NCBI RefSeq assembly: GCF_019464535.1
Contig: NZ_CP080507.1
Coordinates: 3,840,001-3,872,000 of the forward strand
From: Horticoccus luteus
GTDB taxonomy: Bacteria > Verrucomicrobiota > Verrucomicrobiia > Opitutales > Opitutaceae
DNA: 32,000 nt
Direction of reading: 5' to 3'
A program made the translations under genes and the position numbers. Shown here in pieces: positions 23,207 to 32,000 of the stretch (position 1 is its first letter; each line of letters starts with the position of its first letter). The notes under the pieces are model-generated. The model ran no database searches and was not told where the DNA came from. It worked only from the letters and a program-made list of their open reading frames with translations.

Positions 23207-25237
23207 ATGTTGAAATTCCTCACCCCATCCGGCCGCGCCGCCGCCGTCTTATTCGTCGCCCTTGTCTCGCTCTGCCCGGCGCGGCTCCCTGCCGCCCACC
23301 AATGGCAGCCACCCGATCCGGCCGAACTCGCCGCCTCGGTCCCCCGGGTCGATCCCGACGCCGGCGCGGAGATTCTCCTCCGCGAAGTCACGGAAACCGA
23401 CGAGGACAACACGATCCCGCAACGCACCGTTTACGTGCGCGCCAAAGTCTATTCCGAACGCGGCCTCGCCCAACTCGCCAAGGTCGAAATCCAATATGAT
23501 AAGTCGAGTTCCATCCGGGAGATTGCCGCCCGCACCATTCTTCCGGATGGCACGATCATACCGCTGCGGCCGGATGAAATTTTCGATCGCGAGGTTCTAA
23601 AAACCGGCAGCGAGCGCGTGAAGGTGAAATCATTTGCGCCTCCCGGCCTGGTGCCCGGCAGCATGGTCGAATATTTCTATCGTGAGCAAATGGACTATTT
23701 GCCCCGCACTCGCGTGTTTTCCCTCCAAGCCGACCTGCCGACGCAGTGCGTTCGCTTCCATATCCGGCCGAACAACTATCACGACCTCCAAGCCCTGTTC
23801 TTCAATTGCGCCCAGCAAAATTTCGCGGCCGACAAAAACGATTTCCGCCACCTCGAGCTGACCAATGTGCCCGCGCGTTTGAACGAGCCCTTCGCTCCGC
23901 CCGCGCTCGAAATTGAACCCACCGTACTCATTTACGATAACGTCATGTTCTTCGGCGCCACTTCCTTGCCGTGGACCGAACGCGGCAAGCTTCTCCAATA
24001 CTGGGTCGATAAGTTGCTCAAACCCACCAAACGGCTCAAGGCCGTCGCGGAGAAACTTACGACCCCGCAGGATTCCGCCCAGGACCGGATCACGAAGTTT
24101 TACAACTATTGCCGCACTCAGATTGTAAATCGCGACGACGACACCGCCGGATTTACCGACAAGCAGCGCGACAAGTTGCCGCCCAATATCGACCCCGATA
24201 AGACGCTGAAACTCGGCCACGGCGTCACGCAGGATATTAACCTGCTCTTCGCCGCCCTCGCTCGCACCACCGGACTCGACGTGCGGCTGGCGCTGACGGG
24301 GGACCGCAGTTTTATCTTTCCCACCCCTGCACTCACCGAAGCGTTTGCACTGCCGAAGCTGATTGTGGCCATCCATGTCGGAGCGGATTGGACCTACTTC
24401 GATCCCGGCAATCGCTACCTCGCTCCGGGGCAACTCGATTGGAATAATTCCGACATCCAGGCCGTCATCGCCGACGCGGACAACGGCCAGATTGAGCGCG
24501 TGCCGGGCGTGCCTGCGGAGGACTCTATCCGTCATCGCACGGGCACCTTCAACCTCGATCCCGAGGGCAATCTCGACGGTGATGTGCACGTTGACTACTC
24601 CGGCCTTTGGGAGGTCGAGATGAAGAACACGCTGGACGCTCAGACCCCCGACGAACGCGCCACGACGATCAAAAACGAAATCGTGGACGTGTTACCGCTC
24701 GCGGAAGTCACGAGCATCGCAGTCGAGGGCGCCGCCGATCCCTTGGGTCGGCTCACCGTCCGCTATCACCTGCGGGTGCCCCACTACGCCGAGCGCACCG
24801 GCTCGCGCCTGTTCGTCCAACCCGCCGTGTTCCAAAAGGGAGCTGCGGCGGTCTTCGTCAAACCCGACCGCAAAACCAATCTTATCTACAAATATCGTTT
24901 CACTGAGTCGGATAAGATGAGCATCAAGCCGCCGGAAGGCTACACGCTCGAAGCGGGGAACGCTCCCGCCAACCTCGATCTCGGCGAGGCCGCCAGCTAT
25001 CGCGTCTCGCTCGGCGTCACGAAGAAGACCCACACGATCATCTACCAGCGCGAGTTCGCTCAGCACATCATGTATCTGCCACGCGAGAATTACGCCGCGT
25101 GGAAACAGGCGCTCGACGAGATTCGCACTCGCGACGGTCACACCCTCTCCCTCCGCCGCCCCGCCCCCGCGGCTGCGGAAACGCCCCCGGCCGACGCCGC
25201 CACCCAACCCGCGTCCGCCGCGCCCACGGGCCTCTGA
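23207..25237 (+). CDS. DUF3857 / transglutaminase-like / DUF3858-type protein (catalytic Cys apparently replaced)
   Basis: Signal peptide, and an N-terminal DUF3857-like region with the architecture typical of this family. The core aligns to the downstream paralog, but GHGVTQDINLLFAALARTTGLDV has Thr where the paralog has Cys (GDCKDKSTLLRALLAAHGVES). Confidence 0.75.
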   Translation: MLKFLTPSGRAAAVLFVALVSLCPARLPAAHQWQPPDPAELAASVPRVDPDAGAEILLREVTETDEDNTIPQRTVYVRAKVYSERGLAQLAKVEIQYDKSSSIREIAARTILPDGTIIPLRPDEIFDREVLKTGSERVKVKSFAPPGLVPGSMVEYFYREQMDYLPRTRVFSLQADLPTQCVRFHIRPNNYHDLQALFFNCAQQNFAADKNDFRHLELTNVPARLNEPFAPPALEIEPTVLIYDNVMFFGATSLPWTERGKLLQYWVDKLLKPTKRLKAVAEKLTTPQDSAQDRITKFYNYCRTQIVNRDDDTAGFTDKQRDKLPPNIDPDKTLKLGHGVTQDINLLFAALARTTGLDVRLALTGDRSFIFPTPALTEAFALPKLIVAIHVGADWTYFDPGNRYLAPGQLDWNNSDIQAVIADADNGQIERVPGVPAEDSIRHRTGTFNLDPEGNLDGDVHVDYSGLWEVEMKNTLDAQTPDERATTIKNEIVDVLPLAEVTSIAVEGAADPLGRLTVRYHLRVPHYAERTGSRLFVQPAVFQKGAAAVFVKPDRKTNLIYKYRFTESDKMSIKPPEGYTLEAGNAPANLDLGEAASYRVSLGVTKKTHTIIYQREFAQHIMYLPRENYAAWKQALDEIRTRDGHTLSLRRPAPAAAETPPADAATQPASAAPTGL

Positions 25238-25239
25238 GC

Positions 25240-27246
25240 GTGCGGCTGCTCCTCACCTTTTTCGCGGTCGTTCTCGCGCTGGCGGCCCACGCTCGCACCA
25301 CCGCTCCCGATTGGATGCGCGAAGCCGCGCGCCTCGCCCCGGCCGCCGCTGCCGCGGAGGTGGACGCCACGATTCTCCTCGACGAGCAACGCCTCACCGT
25401 GGAGGCGAACGGCACGTATCGAATTCGCGTGCGCAAGGTCACGAAAATCCTGACCGACAACGGTCGCACCCAAGCCCGCGCCTTGTTCGCTTACGAGCAA
25501 GGCGCGGAAAAAATCCGCTCCCTCGATGCGTGGCTCATCCGCCCCGATGGCGCCACGACGAAGCTGGATAAATCCTGTTTCGCCGATGTCGCCGTTTACG
25601 CCAGCGCCTTGGAATTGTATAGTGAGCGGCGCGCCCGGCTGGGATTGCCCGCCGAAAACGCCGACCCCGGCTCCATCTTCGGCTACGAAGCCGATGTCGA
25701 GCAGACCGCGGTGCTCGGACAACTCACGTGGAGTTTCCAACGCGCCTTGCCCGTCGAGCGCTCGGTCTTCGCCGTGAGTCTGCCCGACGGCTGGACGCTC
25801 GATGCCCGTGTTTTTAATCATGCTCCCGTCGAACCGCGGAACGCCGGCGGCACCGCCGTGTGGGAATTACGCCACCTGCCCGCCTTCGAAAACGTCCCGT
25901 TCGGAAATTCGTTCGCGGCCGGCGCCGTCCAACTCGCCCTCGACCTCAAACCTCCGCTGCGGCCAGGCCGGCCGGAGGTCCGCGCCACGTTTTCCGACTG
26001 GCGCGCGGTCTCCGCTTATTTCACACCCGCCTTCGATGCCGCCGCCGTCCCGGATCCCGCGATCACGCAACGCGTCGCGCAGGCCGTCGCCGTCGCGCCC
26101 ACGCCGTGGGATCAAGTCACCGCGCTTTGCCGCCTCGCGCAGTCGGCCAACTATATTTCCATCGATCTCGACGCCGCGCACGCCGGCGGTTTTCGGCCCC
26201 GCCCGGCCCCGGCCGTTTTCCGCTGCAATTACGGCGACTGCAAAGACAAGTCCACGCTGCTCCGCGCCCTGCTGGCGGCCCACGGCGTGGAATCCTGGCC
26301 GGTCGCCGTTTTCGCCCTCGACCGCGACCGCGTGAAACCCGACTGGCCCTCGCCGCTCCAGTTCAACCACTGCATTCTCGCCATCCGGATCGGCGACAAC
26401 GCCCAACCGCCCGCCCTGCTCGTCCATCCGACCTTGGGCCGGCTCATGCTCTTCGACCCGACCGATCCCTACACGCCCCCCGGATTGCTGCCCACCGGCG
26501 ACCAAGGCGGCTTCGGTTTGCTGCTCGCCGGAGAGTCAGGCGGTTTGATCACGCTGCCCACGCTCGATGCCGCCCATCATCATCTCGACCGCCAGATCCG
26601 CGCGCGAATCGCCCCCGACGGCTCCATCTCCGGCACGATCGAAGAACATTTCGCGGGCTCCGAATCGTCCGCCGTTCGCGCCGGCTGGCGTGCGCAATCG
26701 GCCACGGATTTCCAGGCCCGCCTCGCCACTTGGCTCGCCACCACGCTCAACGGCCCGCAGATCACGCGCTGCGAGCCCCGGGATGATTTTGTGCAAGGCA
26801 ACTTCGATCTCGGCGTGGATTTCAACGCCACCCGCTTCGCCCGGCGGATGCGCAACACGCTGCTGATCTTCAAACCCGTGGTTGTCGCCCGGCGTTCCGC
26901 GGTAATCCTCAAGCCCGAACCCCGCCTCAGCCCCATCGCGCTCCCTGCCACTCGGTTTACCGAACGCACCGAACTCGCCCTGCCCGCAGGCTACCGCCTC
27001 GACGAAATGCCCCCGCCGCTGGAACTGCGCACCTCGTTCGGCACCTATACCTCCCACGGCGCGATCGCCGACGGTAAGTTCATTTTCTCACGCCGCCTGG
27101 AGTTGCAGGCGACCACGCTCCCCGCCACGGAATACGAGCACGTCCGGCGCTTTTTCGAGCAGGTGGCGGAGACCGAAAACACGCCGGTCGTTCTGGAGAG
27201 AGTCGAACCGACCGAATCGCCCGCCGTCGATCCTGCCGACTCCTGA
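25240..27246 (+). CDS. DUF3857 / transglutaminase-like protein (Cys-His-Asp core present)
   Basis: GTG at 25240, 2 nt after the upstream stop, followed by VRLLLTFFAVVLALAAHA. Core motifs YGDCKDKSTLLRALL, NHCILAI and FDPTD. The ORF-track start at 25099 overlaps the upstream gene and is unlikely. Confidence 0.8.
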   Translation: MRLLLTFFAVVLALAAHARTTAPDWMREAARLAPAAAAAEVDATILLDEQRLTVEANGTYRIRVRKVTKILTDNGRTQARALFAYEQGAEKIRSLDAWLIRPDGATTKLDKSCFADVAVYASALELYSERRARLGLPAENADPGSIFGYEADVEQTAVLGQLTWSFQRALPVERSVFAVSLPDGWTLDARVFNHAPVEPRNAGGTAVWELRHLPAFENVPFGNSFAAGAVQLALDLKPPLRPGRPEVRATFSDWRAVSAYFTPAFDAAAVPDPAITQRVAQAVAVAPTPWDQVTALCRLAQSANYISIDLDAAHAGGFRPRPAPAVFRCNYGDCKDKSTLLRALLAAHGVESWPVAVFALDRDRVKPDWPSPLQFNHCILAIRIGDNAQPPALLVHPTLGRLMLFDPTDPYTPPGLLPTGDQGGFGLLLAGESGGLITLPTLDAAHHHLDRQIRARIAPDGSISGTIEEHFAGSESSAVRAGWRAQSATDFQARLATWLATTLNGPQITRCEPRDDFVQGNFDLGVDFNATRFARRMRNTLLIFKPVVVARRSAVILKPEPRLSPIALPATRFTERTELALPAGYRLDEMPPPLELRTSFGTYTSHGAIADGKFIFSRRLELQATTLPATEYEHVRRFFEQVAETENTPVVLERVEPTESPAVDPADS

Positions 27247-27338
27247 GCCTTTCGGCTCGCGGGAACCCAGCCAACGAAGTCCGCCGCGTTTTTTTCTCGC
27301 CCGCCCGCGCGCGCTCCTGACGCTGTCCGCACTCCCAC

Positions 27339-28250
27339 ATGCTTTCCGGCATCCTCCTCGCCCTGGCTGCGTCGCTCGTTTACGGTTTTCTCGGCGTCGC
27401 GTTCGAAGCGGCCGGCAAACGCCACTACCCCGCGTGGCCTTTCATTTTCTGGAAACAGCTCTGCGGCACCGTGCTGATTTTCGCCGTGCTGCTGATCATG
27501 CGCACGCCGCTTTATCACCCGCAGGTGCTCGGCCTCGCCGCCATCGGCGCCCTCAGTTACGTCCTCACCTGCGCCTGTTATCTCACCGCCTCCCGCGAGC
27601 GCGACATCGCCGCCAACTGGACCATCGTCAACCTCTCCGTCCTTGTGCCGCTGCTCGCCTCCATCTTGTGGTTTGGCGACAAGTTCACCGGCCTGAAGGC
27701 CGCCGGCGCGCTCCTCACGCTCGTCGCCATCGTCCTCGTCAGCGGCAACGCCACGCTCGGCAGCGTCGCCCGCGGCGATTCGCGGTGGAAGACCTTCATC
27801 TTCGGCGCGTTTCTCCTGAACGGCGTGCTGTCCACACTCTTCCGCTGGGTGCCGCCGGCAGATGCGTTTCTCTTCGTCGGTTACTTCTACGCCGTGAGCT
27901 TCGTGATGGCGGCGCCCTTCATGTTCACCGCCACGCGTGCGCCGGCGACCTCCGCCGCGTCGCCCTCCGCGCCGCCGGCGTCCAGCAAACTTTCCCGCGG
28001 CATGCTCGGCTGGAGCCTCGTCGGCGCCGCGTCGCATTGCACCGGCATGCTGCTGACGATGGCCGCGCTCGCCACCGTGGCGAAGGTCAGTCACGAGCCC
28101 GGCGTCATCGTCTATCCGATCACCAACGGCTTCGTCATCCCGCTCGGCGTCGTGCTCGGCGCGCTCATTCTGCGCCAGGCCATCGATCGCCGCCGCTGGC
28201 TCGGCGTCGCCGTCGGCATGGCCGGGCTTGTTTTGCTGTCGCTGCCTTGA
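27339..28250 (+). CDS. 10-TM DMT-superfamily transporter (EamA/RhaT-like, probable sugar or sugar-acid uptake)
   Basis: About 10 hydrophobic segments in a two-halves arrangement. Its context is next to an enolase-superfamily dehydratase and an SDR. The subfamily is uncertain. Confidence 0.7.
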   Translation: MLSGILLALAASLVYGFLGVAFEAAGKRHYPAWPFIFWKQLCGTVLIFAVLLIMRTPLYHPQVLGLAAIGALSYVLTCACYLTASRERDIAANWTIVNLSVLVPLLASILWFGDKFTGLKAAGALLTLVAIVLVSGNATLGSVARGDSRWKTFIFGAFLLNGVLSTLFRWVPPADAFLFVGYFYAVSFVMAAPFMFTATRAPATSAASPSAPPASSKLSRGMLGWSLVGAASHCTGMLLTMAALATVAKVSHEPGVIVYPITNGFVIPLGVVLGALILRQAIDRRRWLGVAVGMAGLVLLSLP

Positions 28251-28320
28251 CGCCTCGTTGCCGCGGCTGATTCTGAGCGACCTTCATGTTGTTGCGTCGC
28301 ACCCGCTCCTTTCTCACTCG

Positions 28321-29445
28321 ATGAAAATCACCGAGGTCATCTGCCAGATCCTCCGCATCTCAACGGTCGAAGCGAAAACCGCCGGCACCCAGGATACGCT
28401 GCTCATCCGCGTGCGCACCGACACCGGCCTCGAAGGCATCGGCGAATCCGACGCCTCGCCCGAGATCCTCAAGGCCATCATCGACGCGCCCTTCAGCCAC
28501 AACATCGCGAGCGGCCTGCGCCGCCTCCTCCTCGGCCTCGATCCGCTCGAGACCGATTTCATCCGCGAAAAGCTTTACCGCGCCACGATGTATTACGGTC
28601 GCCGCGCCGTCGGCGTCGCTGCGATGGCCGGCGTCGACATGGCGCTCTGGGACATCAAAGGAAAATTTTTCCAGCAGCCCATCCACCGTCTTCTCGGCGG
28701 CAAACGCCACGCCACCATCCCCGCCTACGCCTCGATCCTCTTCGGTCGCGATGGCCAGCAGACCAAGGACATCGCCCAGCGCTGGCGCGCCGCCGGTTAT
28801 CGCGCGATCAAGTTCGGCTGGGAGCCCATGGGCCAGAGCGAAGCCCTCGATGTCGAACTCGTCGCGGGCGCGCGCGCCGGCGCCGGCGACGATGCCACCG
28901 TGCTGATCGACGCCGGCTGCGTGTGGGACGCCCGCACCGCCCTCAGCCGCGCGCAACGTTTCGAAGCCTTCAACATCGGCTGGCTCGAGGAGCCGCTTTC
29001 GCAGGACGACCTCGACGGCTACGTCTGGCTCCGCGACCGCTCGCCCGTGCCGATCGCCGCCGGCGAGGGCGAATGCGGCCGCGCCGCCTTCCGCCCGTGG
29101 ATCGACCGCCACGCGCTCGACGTTTATCAAGTCGATCTCGCGCGCAACGGCTTCACCGACTCCCTCTACATTCGCCAACGCGTCGAGGAAATCGGTGCGC
29201 GCCTCTGCAACCACTGCTACAAAACGCCCATCAGCGTCGCCGCCTGCCTGCATTGGCTGAGCACCTGCGCCGGCGCCTTCATCTTCGAGGATTGCGTGGA
29301 GGATTCGCCTCTCCGCCACGAACTCACCCACGAACGCATGCAAGCCGTCGATGGCGTGATGACTGTGCCCGACGCCCCCGGCCTCGGCATCACGCTCAAC
29401 GAAGATTTCGTCCGCGCCCACCTCGTCTCCGAGTCCCGCGCCTGA
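28321..29445 (+). CDS. enolase-superfamily enzyme (mandelate racemase/muconate lactonizing family; probable sugar-acid dehydratase)
   Basis: ATG at 28321 (MKITEV...). Capping domain, then a barrel with VDMALWDIKGK, the metal-ligand pattern IDAG...WLEEP..., and IAAGE. Confidence 0.85.
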   Translation: MKITEVICQILRISTVEAKTAGTQDTLLIRVRTDTGLEGIGESDASPEILKAIIDAPFSHNIASGLRRLLLGLDPLETDFIREKLYRATMYYGRRAVGVAAMAGVDMALWDIKGKFFQQPIHRLLGGKRHATIPAYASILFGRDGQQTKDIAQRWRAAGYRAIKFGWEPMGQSEALDVELVAGARAGAGDDATVLIDAGCVWDARTALSRAQRFEAFNIGWLEEPLSQDDLDGYVWLRDRSPVPIAAGEGECGRAAFRPWIDRHALDVYQVDLARNGFTDSLYIRQRVEEIGARLCNHCYKTPISVAACLHWLSTCAGAFIFEDCVEDSPLRHELTHERMQAVDGVMTVPDAPGLGITLNEDFVRAHLVSESRA

Positions 29446-29467
29446 GCCCGCTTTTCTCCCGTTCGCC

Positions 29468-30226
29468 ATGAGCGCCTCGTCCTTTGCCGGCCAGCACGCC
29501 ATCGTCACCGGTGGAGGCACCGGCATCGGCCGCGCCCTCGCGCTCGCCCTTGCCGCGCGCGGCGCCACCGTCCTCATCGTGGCCCGCAACGCCACGCACC
29601 TCGCCGAAGTCGCGTCGCACCGTCCGGACCTCATCCGCACCGCCGCCTGCGATCTGCACGATGCCACGCGTTGGACCGAACTCATCCGCGCGCAGCCGCG
29701 CCTCGATCTCCTCATCAACAACGCCGCGCTCAGCGTCCCCACCGATCTCGCCAACCCCGCCGACACGTCCCTTGCTGAAGTCATGGCTGTGAATTTCGGC
29801 GCCGCCTGGACCGGCTCGCGCGAAGCCGCCCAGCACATGCGCGCCGCCGGCGGTGGCCGCATCGTCAACATCACCTCCGTCCACAGCCGCCTCGCCGAAC
29901 GCGGCAGCACCGCCTACGGCGTCGGCAAAGCCGCCCTCGAACAACTCACGCGCTGCCTCGCCGTCGAGTGGGCGCCGCACGGCATCCTCGTCAACGCCGT
30001 CGCCCCAGGCTTCGTCGATACGCCCATGAGCCGCGCCACCGGCATCAACGAACTGGAGACCGATTGGTTTCGCCAAAACTACCTCGCCAGCGGCCGCATC
30101 CCGCTGCGCCGCGCTGCGCAACCCGACGAAATGGTCGCCCCCGTCCTCTTTCTCGCCAGCAAGGAAAACACCTACGTCACCGGCCAGACGATCATCGCCG
30201 ACGGCGGCCTCTCCCTCACGCTCTAG
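29468..30226 (+). CDS. SDR-family oxidoreductase (short-chain dehydrogenase/reductase)
   Basis: TGGGTGIG cofactor motif, NNAA, a catalytic S...YxxxK (YGVGKAAL), and a PG motif. Confidence 0.9.
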   Translation: MSASSFAGQHAIVTGGGTGIGRALALALAARGATVLIVARNATHLAEVASHRPDLIRTAACDLHDATRWTELIRAQPRLDLLINNAALSVPTDLANPADTSLAEVMAVNFGAAWTGSREAAQHMRAAGGGRIVNITSVHSRLAERGSTAYGVGKAALEQLTRCLAVEWAPHGILVNAVAPGFVDTPMSRATGINELETDWFRQNYLASGRIPLRRAAQPDEMVAPVLFLASKENTYVTGQTIIADGGLSLTL

Positions 30227-30342
30227 CCCGCAAAGTCTCCTCCGGGAAAACCGTTCTCCCCTTTCTTTTTCTTTCTCCTTCGTCCGTTCCGTTTCGTTCC
30301 TTCCTAGCGCTCGTTAGCGGTTAACCGAAACCTCTCCTTCCT

Positions 30343-31053
30343 ATGAACATCATCTTTTTCGGGGCTCACCCCGACGACCTCGAAATCCTTTGCGCCGGCA
30401 CCATCGCCGCCTGCGTCGCCCGCGGCCACACCGTTTGGATGGCCGTCGCCACCAACGGCAATGTCGGCAGCCCCACGCTCACCAACGCCGAGATCGCCGC
30501 CACCCGCCACGCCGAAGCCGAAGCCGCCGCCAAAACCCTCGGCGCCGCCGGCCTCATCTGGATGAATGAGAACGACGAGTTTCTCTTCGACGACGAACGC
30601 ACCCGCCTGAAATTCGTCGACGCCGTGCGCCAGGCAAAGGCCGACGTGATCGTCACGCATAACCCCAACGACTATCACCCCGACCACATCGCGTGCTCCA
30701 AACTCGCCTCCGATGCGCGCATCCTTTCCGCCGTGCGCCTCATCCCGACCGCGCATCCGCATCTCGCGAAATCTCCCGAACTGTTCCACATGGATTCGAT
30801 TGCCGGCCTCCGGTTCGAACCCCAGTTCTTCGTCGACGTGTCGCCCCACTTCGAGCTGAAGCAGCGCGCCGTGCAGTGCCACCACAGCCAGAACGCCTGG
30901 CTGAAGGCCATCTTCAACACCGACCTCTCGCACCACGTGCAAGTGCAGTCCGCTTTCCGCGGCTTGCAGTGCGGCGTCGCCTACGCCGAAGCATTCGTGC
31001 AACCGGTCTACTGGCCCCGCACCGCCATCTCGCTGCCGTTTCTGACCCGCTGA
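30343..31053 (+). CDS. PIG-L/LmbE-family deacetylase
   Basis: FGAHPDDLEI (AHPDD zinc-binding motif), HPDH further on, and typical size. Confidence 0.85.
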   Translation: MNIIFFGAHPDDLEILCAGTIAACVARGHTVWMAVATNGNVGSPTLTNAEIAATRHAEAEAAAKTLGAAGLIWMNENDEFLFDDERTRLKFVDAVRQAKADVIVTHNPNDYHPDHIACSKLASDARILSAVRLIPTAHPHLAKSPELFHMDSIAGLRFEPQFFVDVSPHFELKQRAVQCHHSQNAWLKAIFNTDLSHHVQVQSAFRGLQCGVAYAEAFVQPVYWPRTAISLPFLTR

Positions 31054-31137
31054 TTTCTCCGCGCCGTTAAATTCCCGCGGTAAGGACGCCGCTCGCCGGC
31101 GTCCGTCTTACCGCTCAATTCCAGCCCTCGCGCGGGT

Positions 31138-31920
31138 CTACTCCGCCAGCACTTTCTTCGCCGCCTCCTGCAACGCCGCCGCCATCGCGTTGTAAGGAAA
31201 CGGCCCGTGACTGATGCGCGCGACGCCCAACTGCGCCAGCTCCGCCTTCGACGGCGCTCCCGGTTTCGCCAAGATATTCACCGGCCGCGGTGCGCGGGCG
31301 CACACCACGCCGATCAAGCGCGGATCGACCAACCCCGGATAGAACAACCCGTCGGCACCCGCCGCCGCATACGCTTCGCCCCGCTGCAGCGCTTCTGCCA
31401 CCAGCGCGTCGTTGTGCGCCTCCGGCGGATTCTTCAGAAACAAATCAATCCGTGCATTGAGAAACGCGCGCACCCCCGCCGCATCCGCCCCGGCCCGCGC
31501 CGCGCGCACCCGCGCCGACTGTTCCTCGATCGAATACAGCCCCGTGCCGCCCACGATCTGGTCTTCAAAATTGATGCCCACGGCGCCCGCGCCGACGACG
31601 CGCGCCACATTCTCCTGCACCGTTTCCGCGGCGCGTCCGTAGCCGCCTTCAAAGTCCAGCGTCACCGGCACATCCACCGACGCCACGATCCGCTTCAAAA
31701 GCGTTACGACCAACTCCAACGGCACCTTCTCGCCGTCCTCAAACCCTTGCGCGGCGGCCACTGACCTGCTCCCCGTCGCAATCGCTTTCGCTCCCGCGGC
31801 CCGCACCGCTTTGGCGGAACCGGCATCCCAGATATTGTAGAGCACGACGGGATTTCCCTTCACATGAAGTGCGGAAAAGGCCCGCGCGTGAACCGCCTGT
31901 TCGGAATCTTGATGTGCCAT
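31138..31920 (-). CDS. isocitrate lyase/PEP mutase family protein (2-methylisocitrate lyase / carboxyvinyl-carboxyphosphonate phosphorylmutase-like)
   Basis: ATG at 31920 (MAHQDSEQ...). Motifs NIWDAGSA, TGS, DFEGGYG, GINFEDQ. The ORF-track start at 31986 is an upstream extension. Confidence 0.8.
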   Translation of the reverse strand: MAHQDSEQAVHARAFSALHVKGNPVVLYNIWDAGSAKAVRAAGAKAIATGSRSVAAAQGFEDGEKVPLELVVTLLKRIVASVDVPVTLDFEGGYGRAAETVQENVARVVGAGAVGINFEDQIVGGTGLYSIEEQSARVRAARAGADAAGVRAFLNARIDLFLKNPPEAHNDALVAEALQRGEAYAAAGADGLFYPGLVDPRLIGVVCARAPRPVNILAKPGAPSKAELAQLGVARISHGPFPYNAMAAALQEAAKKVLAE

Positions 31921-32000
31921 GTTCGCATCGTTGGACACCGCAGCGCGCAGCGCAACTCCGCGGCGCCTGATCGAGGCTCGTGTCACAGGCTGACAAGGTG

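Overview
GC-rich bacterial chromosome segment. The gene content (glycoside hydrolases, DUF3857/transglutaminase pairs, many secreted hypotheticals) resembles a polysaccharide-degrading Verrucomicrobiota/Opitutaceae-type organism, but this is unverified. About 25 kb is ordinary core DNA. It holds an ABC exporter (5' partial), secreted hypotheticals including a tandem paralog pair, a TonB-C-like protein, an IS481-family transposase remnant, GH29-like and GH28-like hydrolases, a hybrid histidine kinase, a SAM methyltransferase, engB, a DEAD-box helicase and an S4-domain protein. It continues with a nucleoside hydrolase, two DUF3857/transglutaminase-like proteins, a transporter/enolase-superfamily/SDR/PIG-L cluster and a PEP-mutase-family enzyme.

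The stand-out region is a visibly AT-richer mosaic island of about 6.5 kb (about 15480-21940) between the S4-domain gene and the nucleoside hydrolase gene. It carries small minus-strand cargo ORFs: a DUF805-like membrane protein, a TPR protein, a small anchored protein, and a 3-gene operon that includes a SHOCT lipoprotein. Four repeat families partition the island:
- A: three direct copies of a ~62-bp core with attC-like anatomy (RYYYAAC ... palindrome ... GTTRRRY). Each copy starts at or over the stop codon of a cargo ORF and has a longer, more divergent extension.
- B: two ~415-bp copies of the 5' leader plus about 91 codons of an IS110-family (DEDD) transposase. Both are cut at identical boundaries, and their outer end carries a TATAAT and a conserved start context reading into the cargo ORFs.
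- C: two copies of a 64-bp upstream module containing a tandem CCTTACCCGA.
- A 52-53-bp tandem repeat at the island edge.

No integrase or intact transposase lies in the window. I read the island as an integrase-less cassette-like array (CALIN-like) or a tandem att-site accretion interleaved with decayed IS110-family elements. It is possibly linked to bridge-RNA-type targeting. All of this is hypothesis that needs database and genome-wide checks.
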